Assembly: GCA_037447605.1 (NCBI GenBank)
Contig: CM074807.1
Coordinates: 620,001-684,000 of the forward strand
DNA from: Zygnema circumcarinatum SAG 698-1b
Taxonomy: Eukaryota > Plantae > Zygnematophyceae
Direction of reading: 5' to 3'
Length of the DNA: 64,000 bases
The position numbers and the translations under genes are program-made. Below, piece by piece: positions 38,434-50,403 of this stretch. The notes below the pieces were generated by a model. It was not told where the DNA came from. It saw nothing but the letters and a program-made list of their open reading frames with translations, and searched no databases. Every line of letters begins with the position of its first letter. Position 1 is the first letter of the stretch.

Positions 38434-39954
38434 ATTCTACTGAAAAAATGAGGCTTATGGGAAGTGTCTGTACTATTTCAATTTCTGCATACCTTGAGGT
38501 TTTGGAGGTGAGCAAGTTATGGAGGTCCGGGATTAATGCGAGATTTTGGACTATGTCCAAGGACCTTCTTAGAAAGTTCCTTGACTCACTTTACCAACTT
38601 CTGCAGTCATCGACGCTTTCGGGTATCGGTGAAGTTTTTTTTGTACCAATAGAAGTGCCTGGGACCAGTACTAGTTACAGTCTGCCGGTTTTTATATTTG
38701 TGATTTAAGTTGTTCTGGATGCTCTGTTTCTACTCAATCATTTTTGTTCCCTCTTGAAGATGACTTTTTCCTATGAACCATTCCATTGATGAATGCCAAT
38801 GCAGTGCCAGAAGTGTTGGTTTCAAGCTGAGGGCAGGGAAGGCTTGAAGCCAAACTAAACCAAGTTCAACCCAACGAAACTAAACCAACCTAAGCGTTGC
38901 CAGATGAAACAAGGCTGGACAGCTGAAGTCGGCTGTGTGCAGACTGTCTGACTCACATTCTCCATAAAATGGTTTTTTGGGGTTTTTAGGGCTCGAGACA
39001 CCTGCTTGTGACTCGAACGGTTCGAGTCGCAAGCAGATGCCTCTTGGGAGGCTAAGCACCGCCTCAAGTTTTCAAAAGCTGTTCGTCTTTGAAGGCTGGA
39101 TAGTAAACATATACTCGAGTTTCAGATCCTTTTTCTCACCTCATTGGTCAGCCCTACCTCAAACCAAAAGCCCGGGTCTCAAACCCGCCCTCCCCTTTAA
39201 ACTAAAACCCCTAGACCTGCACCTGGATGCAAGCCTCAACCCAGGCAACCAGACTCCTCACTCCCAGCCATGGAAGCAGCCGCCATGTCTTCCCGATCGA
39301 GCTCGGAGTGAAGCTCGGGTAGATCGCTCCTCAACCAACACCGAAAGACGAACAGCCCTGCCCTGCCCTGCTATTAGATTATGTGCCGCCGCCATGCCCA
39401 AAAACAAGGTCAGCGAACCCATCATCGACATCTACAGGGCATGCCACCCTTCAACATTGCGCTTCAAAACCCTAAACTTGCAGAAATAAATAAATGACAG
39501 TGGTTTCTGGTTCACTCTCTTCCTGCCCAACCATTCACACAAAATTGCGTGGCATTGCGAATACCGCAGAGCCCATGTTTTGGAAAAAATGTCGAAAAAG
39601 AAAGAAAGACACTTTCCACATACCGTTCGGACAACAGTGGGTAACGGCGCTAAACGCCACACGTACCGCTCATGCACAATAGTCAATAGGATACCGCGTC
39701 TTGCGGCATACCAGCACGCTATCCAGTTCAGTAACAATTTAATGTGAAATTGTTTTGATTCAGCGCATGTGACTGCTGTTCAGCAATAGCCGTGAAGTAG
39801 CAGTTTAACAATAAATTTCTTCAACAAAACGCATGAGACTGCTGTCGAGTAAACGTTTTACTGGAAATTTCATCCATTTCACACATGTGAACGCAGTTTC
39901 GCAGTCCCGATCTCTGCATTTCTCCGCCGTCCGATCTTGGAAGCCCACCGCCCA

Positions 39955-40095
39955 TGTGACGTGACGAGTCCACGAGGTCCAATTAAAAGTTCACACGTCA
40001 TTCACTTGCTCAGGTACGGATACGACACGTGTCACCAAGAGCGCGGCGCTCGCCTCCCAGGTACTGGGAGTAGCTTCTGAAGCTGCCACGTGTCC
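39955..40095. promoter_or_regulatory. ABRE/G-box cluster upstream of the LEA_2 gene
   Basis: TGACGTGAC, CACACGTCA, GACACGTGTC (40025-40034) and GCCACGTGTC (40084-40093). Confidence 0.45.
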
Positions 40096-40112
40096 CCACG
40101 CCCTCCCTCTCT

Positions 40113-40151
<39 letters not shown>

Positions 40152-40989
40152 TGCCTCTCTCTCTCTCATTCTCTCCGCCTCTCTGGCGCGCCTCTCTCTC
40201 CCTCGTCCTGTCCCTCTTCTTTCCGCACTCTCTCATTCTTCCTCCAGTCATCCCTCTCTTCTCCCCTCGCCTTGTCCATTTCTCTCCCTCTCCCATTCCA
40301 TCTCTCTCTCTCTCCATCTCCCTCGCCATGGCCGGCGCCCTCAAAAGCGCAGCGAGGAGGCAGGAGAAAAGCAGGCACGCTCTCCTCCCTTTCCCTCGCA
40401 CCCTTTCTATCCATATCCATTTTTTTTTCCTCGCCTTCAATCTGCTGAATGAGTGAAGAATTAAACACTTTCAAACATCTAATTCTTCGTGCAGTAATTT
40501 AGAAAAAAAATAGACCAAAATCTTGGTTTTCTTAACTAATTAAAACGAGAAACTCTGCTTCCGTCCTTTTCATATTTTTCAATATTCAGACTTTCAGATT
40601 TCAGGAGTTTTAGGCTTTTTATCGCCATGCCTAATCCGTTAAATCTATCCACTAGAAGCCCTTGCATTCTAGCTTACCAAAAAAAAAAAAAAAAACCCCC
40701 AGAAGAATTTGCCAAATTTCTCCACATAGAGAACCCGCTTGTGTCCGAAACCCTAACGGAAGGACCTTGCCCTTTTCCTTCACATGTTCCCCTGCAGATA
40801 ACTTCATAGCCCTCTGCCTTCAAGCGCTTCCCCCCCCCCCCCCCTTCTCCCCCCCATCCCTCTCCCCCTTTTTTAAAACTCTTAAAACTCCGTTACTTCA
40901 TAAAATTCATAAAATTCGCAAAATCTGCAAAATTTTCAAAATTCGAACAAATTCGACAAATTTCATAAATTCGACAAATTCGCATATCC

Positions 40990-41294
40990 ATGGCGGTGGT
41001 TATCCCCGCAGTTGCCCTTGCGGGCCTTGGTATTGGAGCGGGTCTGGCCGTGGTTTGGCCCAAAGACCCGCAGTTCGAGGTGGTGGCGCTATCCCTCTCC
41101 GGCTTCAAGCTGCGCTTTGTGACGGACTCTCCGCTGCTCGTAGCGGTGGTCGATGTGCAGCTAACGCTCTCGATCAAAGTGACCAATCAGAACTGGGTCG
41201 GGATTCAATATGGGGACACCACCATGAATATCTTCTACAAGGACACTTTGCTCGGAAAGGCTCAGGTATTGTAAATTTTAGGGTTTGAGAACTG

Positions 41295-41342
<48 letters not shown>

Positions 41343-42552
41343 ATATATTTCTCTCTCTGCTCTTCTCTCTCCATCGACAGAAAAATTGTGTCCCTCGGTC
41401 GCCCACTCTCTCATTCCCTCCGTTTTCTCTCTCTGCTTTTCACCGCATTGTTTCCAGGTAGATTCTCGCACTCCTTTCTCTCTCTCCCTAGTCGCTAGGG
41501 GTCTACCTCTTCCACTTTCTTTCCCACCCCACTCTCCCTCGCTCTCCTTAGCCCTTCCTTTCACTCCCTCTCTCCCTCTCCCTCTATCCACGTGGGTTGT
41601 CAGGTGCCCCTCTCCCTCTCCTTCTCCCTCTCCCCTCCTCCCTTTTCCTCTCCCTCACGCTCTCCTCTCTCACTCTTTCTCCCTCTCTCTCTCCTTCCTC
41701 CCACTCTCTCCCTCTCCCTCTCCCTCTCCCTCCCAGGTGGCCTCCGGCAAGCAAGGCGCTCGAAGTGAGAAAATTTTGGAAGTTCCCGCGCGCTTGGACG
41801 GACTGGAGGTGAGCAGCCACGTCAGCGACCTCATGCGTGACGTCACGAGTGGCAAAATGAGCCTCCGCTCTCTCGTCACCATCAGTGGCGAAGCGCGACT
41901 TGGAATTATTCGGCACCCCTTTCAGGTGGGGGGTTTATTATTATTATTATTATTGTTATTGTTGTTATTGTTGTTTATTATTGGATTATATTATCCATGT
42001 TTTGCAGGGAGTTAAGTAGTGGTTTAGAATCTGCTTGATCAGTTAGTTTTGTTGAATAAACTGTCTAATCAGTTAGTAAAGGCATGGGTTGACGTCTGTT
42101 AATTCGCTTTCACCTCTTTGAATCTGTTGGTGAAGGTAACGACTTCAAGCCTTTTACTGCACAACCTTCAAACCTTTAACCCCCTTTTTTTTTTGTTTTA
42201 CTGCATAGATGGGTTTAGTTTATGGTGTCTTTTGTGATCGGGGTATTTTCGATGATGGAAGTTAATGGGGGAAGGTGATGGGTGCGATGACGTCATCGCC
42301 ATGCATGCATGTATGTATGTATGGCAGTGCCATGTGGAGAGCGACATATCGGTGGACCCCATCTCCCTAAAAATCATCGAACAGGAAAACCGGGTGAAGA
42401 TGGAGCTGGGGATCACTCCAAAGGTGGAGCTGGAGGGCCTTACCGAGGGGAGGGGAGAGGGAGAGGGAGAGGGAGAGGGGGAGAGAGAGGGAGAGGGAGA
42501 GAGAGAAGCTGTAGAGGATGGACGGAATGCTCAGCCTCAACTGCTGCATTAG
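40990..42552 (+). CDS. LEA_2 (WHy-domain) single-pass membrane protein
   Basis: Exons 40990-41265, 41737-41925, 42328-42552. Hydrophobic N-terminus then PKDPQFEVV, LSIKVTNQN..IQY..T.M.IFYKDTLLG.AQV..G.Q.ARS..L.VPARLDG.E, H.F..HV.S.I.VDP..L.II.QEN, typical of plant LEA_2 proteins. The start codon is uncertain. Confidence 0.8.
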
Positions 42553-43281
42553 AGAGAGAGTGTGTGTTCGAGAAATGAGAAGGGAGCGGCGCTTTTTTGT
42601 TTCAAATGGGTGCCTAAGACAGTGATGTAAATGGTTGTTCTTAGGGTTTTGAGGTTCCTTACGGTTTTCTGGGTTTAAGGAGTTTTAGGGTTTTTCAGTG
42701 TAGTGATGGAGTGTGCATGGAAGATGGGGAGGAGAGGAGTAGCAGCGAGTGGAGAAGAAGAAAATTGAGAGGAAGCTTTCAAAGAGGAGGTTTTGCAGTT
42801 CCCTCCGCAGAGAACAGAGAAGATTCCTAGTAACCTAAAACTCTCTGACCTCAAATGCTAAAGTGAAGCTTCCTCTGTGCTCGGTTCATGTCATTGCAAT
42901 GCCTCTCCAACATTTCCAAAACGAAACAACAAAAGCAGGTCAACAGATCAAAAGGCTAAGAAAGAAAAAAAAAATCGACCAAATGCGGCAAATGTTCCAG
43001 ATCACTTAAGACTTGCGATTTTTTTTAAAGGCGGTAGTTATTTTGGACCAAATATTTATCACCCCTCAAATCTTTCTGGATGGTTGTAATCTTCGAAATA
43101 AGTATAAGAATCACCTAAAAAAATATGTTCGGATTAATAAAGCAAATTTAAAGAAGAAAAAAACTGCTTCTTTAACAGTTTGGCGATAAATGAACGGATA
43201 CAAAATGTTATTTTTTATATACTCCCACCCCCCCCACAACCCCCCCTCCAATTTCTAAAGCCCTAAACCCTTAAAGTTTGC

Positions 43282-46200
43282 TCAATGCTCGCCAAGATTA
43301 ACCGCCAAAACCCCTTGACGCTTTCTCCCGTTGGTTAACCGGAGCTCGTTGATGACTCGAAACCAATTAGAGGCCAAAGGTCCAATAAAATGGTCACATT
43401 CCGCCGCTATGAACAAGTTCGCAAAAGCATAAGAAACAATTTTATACTCATCTGCGCGCTTTGCCTTCTCAGGATACCTCCCCTTCCCTTCACTTTTACT
43501 GTGATAAAATTTCCAGTCGGGGTAGTCCACTAACTGGGTCATCACTTTCTGCAAGAAGAAGAAGGAAAAAATCATCATGTTCACAATGCAGTGGTTAAGG
43601 GCACGGGGGTAGACCCTAAAACCCTAAAGACCCTGGACCCCCTGGGGACTCTAATACCCTCAAAATCCCTCAAACCTTTGAAAGCCTCAGAACCGTAACA
43701 GAGGCTAAAAACCAACCGCAAAAAAAACGCATTCATGATCGTCTCTCTCTCTCTCTCTTTCTCTCGCCTCCTCGAATGAATGCGAATTAGGGTTTGTATT
43801 CGTTTGCTGCGCTTTGGTAGGAGGGGGAGGGAGAGAGAGGGGGAGGGAGAGGAGAGAAACAAGGGAGCGAGGGAGAAGGGGGGGGAGAGCGAGAGGGGGA
43901 GAAAGGAGAGAGAAACAAGGGAGAGAGGGAGAGAGGGAGAGTGGGGGGAGAGAGAAGGGGAGAGAGGAGGAGAGAAACAAGGGAGAGACGAAGAGGGCGG
44001 GGAGAGAGGAAATAGAGAAACAAGGGAGAGCGGCAGAGGGGGGTGGAGAGAGAGGGAGAGAGACGAGAGAAACAAGCGAGAGAGGGAGAGCGGGAGGGAG
44101 GGAGAGGGGGAGAGAGAGTAGAGAAACAAGAAAGAGAGGGAGAGTGGGGGGAGAGGGGAGCGGAGACTGGAAGAGAGAAACAAGCGAGAGAGGAAGAGCG
44201 GGAGGGAGGGGAAGAGAGAGAGGGGGAGAGAGGGGAGACTCACATGCGATTCAGTAGACAACCAAACGTTCTGCAAGTTCGGCACTCTCCTCCGCAACCT
44301 CTCCGCTAGCCACATATGTGCTCCAAACGAATAGAGACGCATCTCACTCCCCTTGTCACTCTGCCTCACATGCATAGCCACTATGGGCCGGGGAATATAA
44401 ACCTCCAATTCTTTCCAAAAGGAGCTTTCTAGGGTTTCCCCCTCCTTATACGAATTCAGGTCCATACTTTGAAGGTGGTTTCCCTCTTTCTTATCGCTCG
44501 CCAATAGCTTCTTCTTCACTCTCTCTTGCTGCTTTTGGGAGGTAATAATTTGCTTTGCAATTTGAAGGCCATAGGATTCGTGACGAACTCGGTTTATAAT
44601 ATGACAGAGTCTTTTTTGGGGCCATCGGAGGAGGTAACGGATGGATTGGGCTCGCCACCATCCAGTCTGAAAGGAAGGGTTTAGGGTTTAGGGTTTTAGA
44701 ATAGTGGTGGGGTCAGGTTTAACAATTGCGTAGAAGTTGGGTTTAAGTTGGGACTCATAGCTGTCTTAGACTCTTCAATGGATAAATGTAGGAGGACTAT
44801 GAGAACGATAAGAAGAAAGAACTTCACGAATGTTAAAATCAAAGGTGGTTTCAAAAGTGGTTTCAAAAGTGATTTCAAAAGTGGTTTCAAAAGTGGTTTA
44901 AAAAGGTTTCAAAAGTGGTTTCAAAAGTGGTTTCAAAAGTGGTTTCAAAAGTTCAAAAGTGAAATGTTGCGACGATTACTTTCAAATACTGTTTTGGCAT
45001 AACGTCGTCAAAACGACCTTCTGGTATTGAGTCTGAGAGAGGCAAAATTTTTCCAAGCACCTCCACTCCCAATCGATCCTCTAGCCATGGCTGCCCAAGA
45101 ACTTCCCTGAACCTCCAAACAAAAAAAAAAGGAAAAAAAAAGGGAGCCGTTTTCAGTATTGATGCTGGCTGTTCATTTTAAAGATCAACACTTTTTTCTG
45201 CCCTACGGAAAATGAAAAGGGGTCTTTTCACAATGACCAATTAATTGGTTCTTAGCATCTCGATTGTATAATAAGGTTTTATTTATATCAGGAAAAAAAA
45301 AAAAAAATCGCTTTCGAAGAACAGGAATCAGAAAGAGATAAATTGAAATTTAAAAAATTTAAATTAAAATTTTTTATTTTTTTTTAAGTCGCAGTTACCA
45401 CTCACCGAGGAACCCACGATGTATATTTCGGGTAAGTCTGAAAGTTCATTTTGACAGTTCGAATATCTGACTTTAACTTCTCCATAAAACTTGAATAATT
45501 CGCTTTATTGTGTTGATCTTCTGCTTCGAAATTTGCCAATGCTTGCTCCTTGCACGCAGGATATGTGGGAGGGAAAAAATAGCAACTGATGCTCGCATTG
45601 TCAGGACCTGCGTTTTATTAAAAAAAAAAAAAACAGACTAACTTAGAACACTTCTCTTTGATTTGAAGGTAACTCTGTTTTAAGTCATTCTGAATAACGT
45701 TCACATAGCAGAAATATGAGTGAGACATGGAGAGGAGGAAAACGAGCGAACTTGAGGAGCGGGAAAAAAATTGGGAGAGGGAGAGCGAAGGGACAGAGTC
45801 AGAGTTGCAGAAAGAGCGGGAGAGGAAGAAGAATAGGGAGAGGGAAAGGGAGAGGGAGAGGGAGGAGCGGCAGAAAGAGCGGGAGAGAGGGGGAAAGTAG
45901 TGAAGTGAGGAGGAGGGCGGGAGAGGGAGAGAGAGGAGCGGCAGAGAGAGAGAGGAGCGGCAGAGAGAGAGAGAGGAGCGGCAGCGAGAGAGAGAGAGGA
46001 GCGGCAGAGAGAGAGAGAGGAGCGGCAGCGAGAGAGAGAGAGGAGCGGCAGAGAGAGAGAGAGAGAGAGAGGAGCGGCAGAGAGAGGACGACAATTCCTG
46101 TGAATGTGGGAGGAGAGGTAGAGAGAGAGAGAGAGAGAACCTTACCTCTGCAGCGGCTGTTTTCCGCCCATCTGAAGGTGCTGCTCTCCACGAGTATGCG

Positions 46201-48077
46201 CCCTGTCTGTACGGCCTCCGCCATGGCGGCGGAGGCCAAGTGAAGGAGCGACCCGAAGCCATGGCCTCGCCGGTCGGGCCACTGGAAGAGGGCGAACCGG
46301 AGGGAGGGTTCAGAGCAGTCCGGGGGGTGCTGGTGCGCCCAGAGGAGGGTTTGGGTGAGGCGGGTCATGGCGAGGTTGGCCTCCTCGCTGCCGTGGATCT
46401 GCAAACGGAAAGGAGAGAGGATGAATTGGATGGAAGGAAGGGAGAATGGGGGGGGGGAAGGAGGGTGGGTTTTGGTTGAAACTGTGGGGGTTTGAGGGGA
46501 AAGGTGGGATTTGGAGGGAGGGGGAGGGGGGGAGGGGAGGGGAGGGAGGAGGGAGGGGGGGAGGGGAGGGAGGAGGAGGGAGGGGGAGGGGGGGGAGGGA
46601 GGGAGGGAGGAGGGAGGGGGGGAGGGGGGGAGGGGAGGGGGGAGGGAGGGAGGGAGGGAGGGAGGGAGGGAGGGAGGGAGGGAGGGTGGGAGGGAGGGAA
46701 AGAGGGAGGGAGGTAGGGAGAGAGGGAGGGAGGGAGGGAGGCAGCGAGGGCGGGAGGGAGGGAGGGAGGGAGGGAGGGAAACAGCGAGGGAGGGAGGGAG
46801 GGAGGGAGGGAGGGAGGGAGGGAAACAGCGAGGGAGGGAGGGAGGGAGGGAGGGCGGGAGGGAGGGGGCCTGCATGCACCCAGGGAGGGCGCGCATCATG
46901 GAGGGAGGAGGCCGACCCGAGCCATGCGGGGGGCTGCCCGTCCTCTGTTCTCCGTTCCGTGAGCTCTCTGTGCGCTGTCAGTTCCGTGCAGCGTTGGAGA
47001 TGCGGAGCCGGAGGGTGCCTCGTGGTTTCCCTCTTTTGGGCATCATCGGAGGGAGGGGGCTCCAAGCCATCCAAGCCATACATGGCGGACCATGCCTGCC
47101 ATGCATGCATGCATGCATCATCATCATCATCACATGTGGCGCATGGGTCACTCTATGGCCGAGTGAGCATGAGCTACTTAAGGGCGATGGCAAGACATGA
47201 TGGTAAGGGTTCATGATAAATACTCCATTTTTTGAAAATTTTGGGATAAAAAAAATTTGTCAAAGCAAGAAGAATGGTTTCGAAAGTTATGAATGGCAGT
47301 TAGTTAAGGGCATGGCATGAAGGCGAGCCTTGCGAGACCCATACTTTGTGTTTTACAAAGTATGGGTTCATGTTTTGCATGCTCTACAGAGCTTTGAGGC
47401 AAGGGTTCAAGGCTGCGAACCTGAAAGAGATCTTGGCTTCGCGAATAGGTGGAGCTCTCTCCCATGGCCCTCCTCCCTCCTCCCCCTCCCCCTCCCTCTT
47501 GCATTCCCTCTAACACCCCCCCTCTCCCTCCCACTCCCTTTCCCACTCCCCCTCCCCCTCTCCCACTCCCTTCCTCCCCCACTCCCACTCCCCCTCTCTC
47601 TCCCCCTCTCTCTCCCTCACCCACTCCCTTTCCCTTTCCCTCTCGCCCTCCCTCTCCCTTTCCCACTCCCCCACTCTCTCCCTCCCCCACTCCCATTCCC
47701 CCTCTCTCTCCCTCCCCCACTCCCACTCCCCCTCTCTCTCCCCCTCTCTCTCCCCTTCTCTCTCCCTCACCAAATCCATTTCCCTTTCCCTCTCGCCCTC
47801 CCTCTCCCTTTCCCACTCCCCCACTCTCTCCCTCCCCCACTCCCATTCCCCCTCTCTCTCCCTCCCCCACTCCCACTCCCCCTCTCTCTCCCCCTCTCTC
47901 TCCCTCACCCACTCCCTTTCCCTTTCCCTCTCCCTCTCCCCCTCTCCCTCCCTCTCCCTCTCCCCCTCTCTCCCCCCCCCTCTCTCTCTCACGGTGTGAA
48001 CCCGCCACTACCGTGAAGCTGCTCCCCGCGAGGAGCAGGAGCAGGAGGGCGAGCCCTTCAGTTTTCCGAAAATCCAT
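43282..48077 (-). CDS. Alpha-1,6-fucosyltransferase (FUT8)/GT23-like glycosyltransferase
   Basis: Exons 48077-47421 (possibly split by an in-frame intron 47992-47510), 47095-46880, 46398-46146, 45607-45406, 45106-44980, 44666-44244, 43548-43282. N-terminal signal/anchor, [28 protein letters not shown], motif [11 protein letters not shown], motif II VWLSTES, motif [29 protein letters not shown]. Confidence 0.78.
44844..44961. repeat. 12-bp tandem array (TTTCAAAAGTGG), about 10 copies, intronic
   Basis: Direct reading; lies in the GT23 intron 44979-44667. Confidence 0.9.
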
Positions 48078-50001
48078 GGCCGCTCACAGTGAGCCTGAAC
48101 CAATAAACTTGAAAACGCAAAAAAAAAAAAAAATGTGGACTTCACCAAAATGCAAAAAAAGGCACTGAATCAGGCGCCGCAGAAAATTAGCATCATCATG
48201 GAAAGATTCTAAACGAGCTTTGCAGCATTATTAAATTGAACGAATCAAGCGTTCAGGTGTTAACAAAACCATGAATTTCTGCCATTTGGGAGTTTATGCC
48301 AACTAGCCCGAAAAATTAGACTCCCTAATTGGCCCAAGACTTCCTCTCAAAACTGTGGCTCTTAAACCCTGACAGCAAAAGTCTATGGGCTAAAACCTAA
48401 ACCGACAAACTGAACTCCCTGCTCTGAACCCTAATCCTCACCCTAACCCTAACCCTATCTCTAACCCTACCACCTTATCTCTAACCCAACCTCCCTACCC
48501 CCCTACCCCCCTACCCCCCTANNNNNNNNNNCCCTCCTCCCTACCCCCCTGACCGTACATCTCGGCCCTGCCCCGCCCTGCGCGCTCACCTCTCAGTTGC
48601 CGCCAAAAGTCAAACCACCCGTCGCAAAGGTCAAAGTCCACGGCGCATTCGTACTACCGTACGCACCGCCATCATTCTTGACTCCGTACAGTACGGCCAG
48701 ACCATGTCCGTACTCCCGCAGCGTACGTCACCAATCCGATCAAGCGGAACACGTCATCCAGCGCGGCAACGGCCCACCACGTGGCGCGAGGACCCCTCTT
48801 GCCGCCACGTGGCGTGAGCCAATTGGGCTGTTCTGCGCGCGGGCGACCCGTCCGTACCGTCCCCTGTACGGCCCTGCCACTCCTCTCCGGTTTCTTTTCC
48901 CAAACTTGGTTTTTGGTCTTAAGTTGCAAACCACTCGCCCGGGAAAAATAATAGAACCGCCCCATAACGACAAAAAAGGAAAAAAGTTAGGGGCACGTGG
49001 ATTACTAATGAGAGCTCGCCACGTGGCCGCCGCCAATTAAGGGTCACGTCACAGCGGGTCGGTCGGTGCGATCCGACGTGGCGGTGTACCGCACATCGAA
49101 CTGTATCGAGAAGAAGCCTTGGTTGCCACGTGACGGCGCGCGATTGGAAATGACGTAGCAGCCATGTCCACCGTGGCGTGCCTATAACTTAACTGCGCTG
49201 AACTGGCAACAAATCGAACTGGAAACTGAACTGCAGCTGAATGAAGCAAATCGACCTGCAACTGAACTGAACTGAGCGAAGAAGGTAACATAGAGGCCGA
49301 GGTGGACTGCCAGGCCCTGTGGTAAAGCAATGGGAAGTAGAGGCCGACTGTGTGAAGACGGAGAGCGAGAGCGAGAGCGAGAGCAAGAGAGCGAGAGAGA
49401 GAGAGAGAGAAAGAGAGAGGGGAGATTGAGGAGCGCTTTCACAGTTAGCGTCCTTGTTTAACGCTCGCGTTTAACGGTCGTTCACTACAGTTTCATGTCC
49501 GATGGCTCGTGCGTGCCAGCGAGCCACGCCATTGGCTGCTGCTGCAGCTCACATTGTGTGGGTCGCGCCCATGCCATCACCGCCCACACATAACTTTAAG
49601 GAAAGTAGAGAGGGAGGACAAGAGATGTGTGAGGCAGGCAGGCAGACAGAGAGAAAGACAGAGAGAGAGAGGGGCAGTAAGGGCTAGCTCTGAACAATTC
49701 TCCGCTGATCTTGTTATTTATTTCATGCTTTTGGAAACATTTAGACCTTGCATCTACGTTAAAGCTTTACAACAACGTGATCCCACTCGACACTGTAGTC
49801 CCAAGTGTTGGCTGAATTGCTCGTCCTTGATAGTGTGAGGGGCCGATGGGGAGGGGGAGAGAGAGAGAGAGGGAGGGGGAGGGGGGGGGGGAAGAGAGAG
49901 AGGAGGGGGGGGGGAGAGAGAGAGAGAGGGAGGGGGGGGGGGGAAGAGAGAGAGGAGGGGGGGAGAGAGGAGGGGGGGGGGAGAGAGAGGAGTGACCCTT
50001 C

Positions 50002-50328
50002 TTAAGCAAGTCCGGCGGCCTTTAGGACATTTTCAAAGGCGTCATCATCATCGTATTGTACCTGCAAGGATTAGACGCACAATAGAACCTCAATAACAGA
50101 ATGAGTCCATCGCCAAACGATCTCCCATCACGAAGAGGTGAGTCCTCTCCTTCTTCTAAGACGGAGCTGATCTGAATAACGAAACAAGGAATTTTAGGTT
50201 TGTTTGGAAAGGGAAACACAATTCGAGTTCAGAAATAGAACTAACTTCCCACTCTAAACCCGGCCCTCCTCTCATTTTCAGCTTCAATTTTTGTTTGTTG
50301 TTTTATCCATTTTTTTTGCAGTTCTCTT

Positions 50329-50403
<75 letters not shown>

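Noticed and set aside
40328-40374. Upstream coding exon MAGALKSAARRQEKS for the LEA_2 gene
   Set aside because: It has only a weak GC donor and I found no in-frame acceptor; it could be a uORF but is unsupported.
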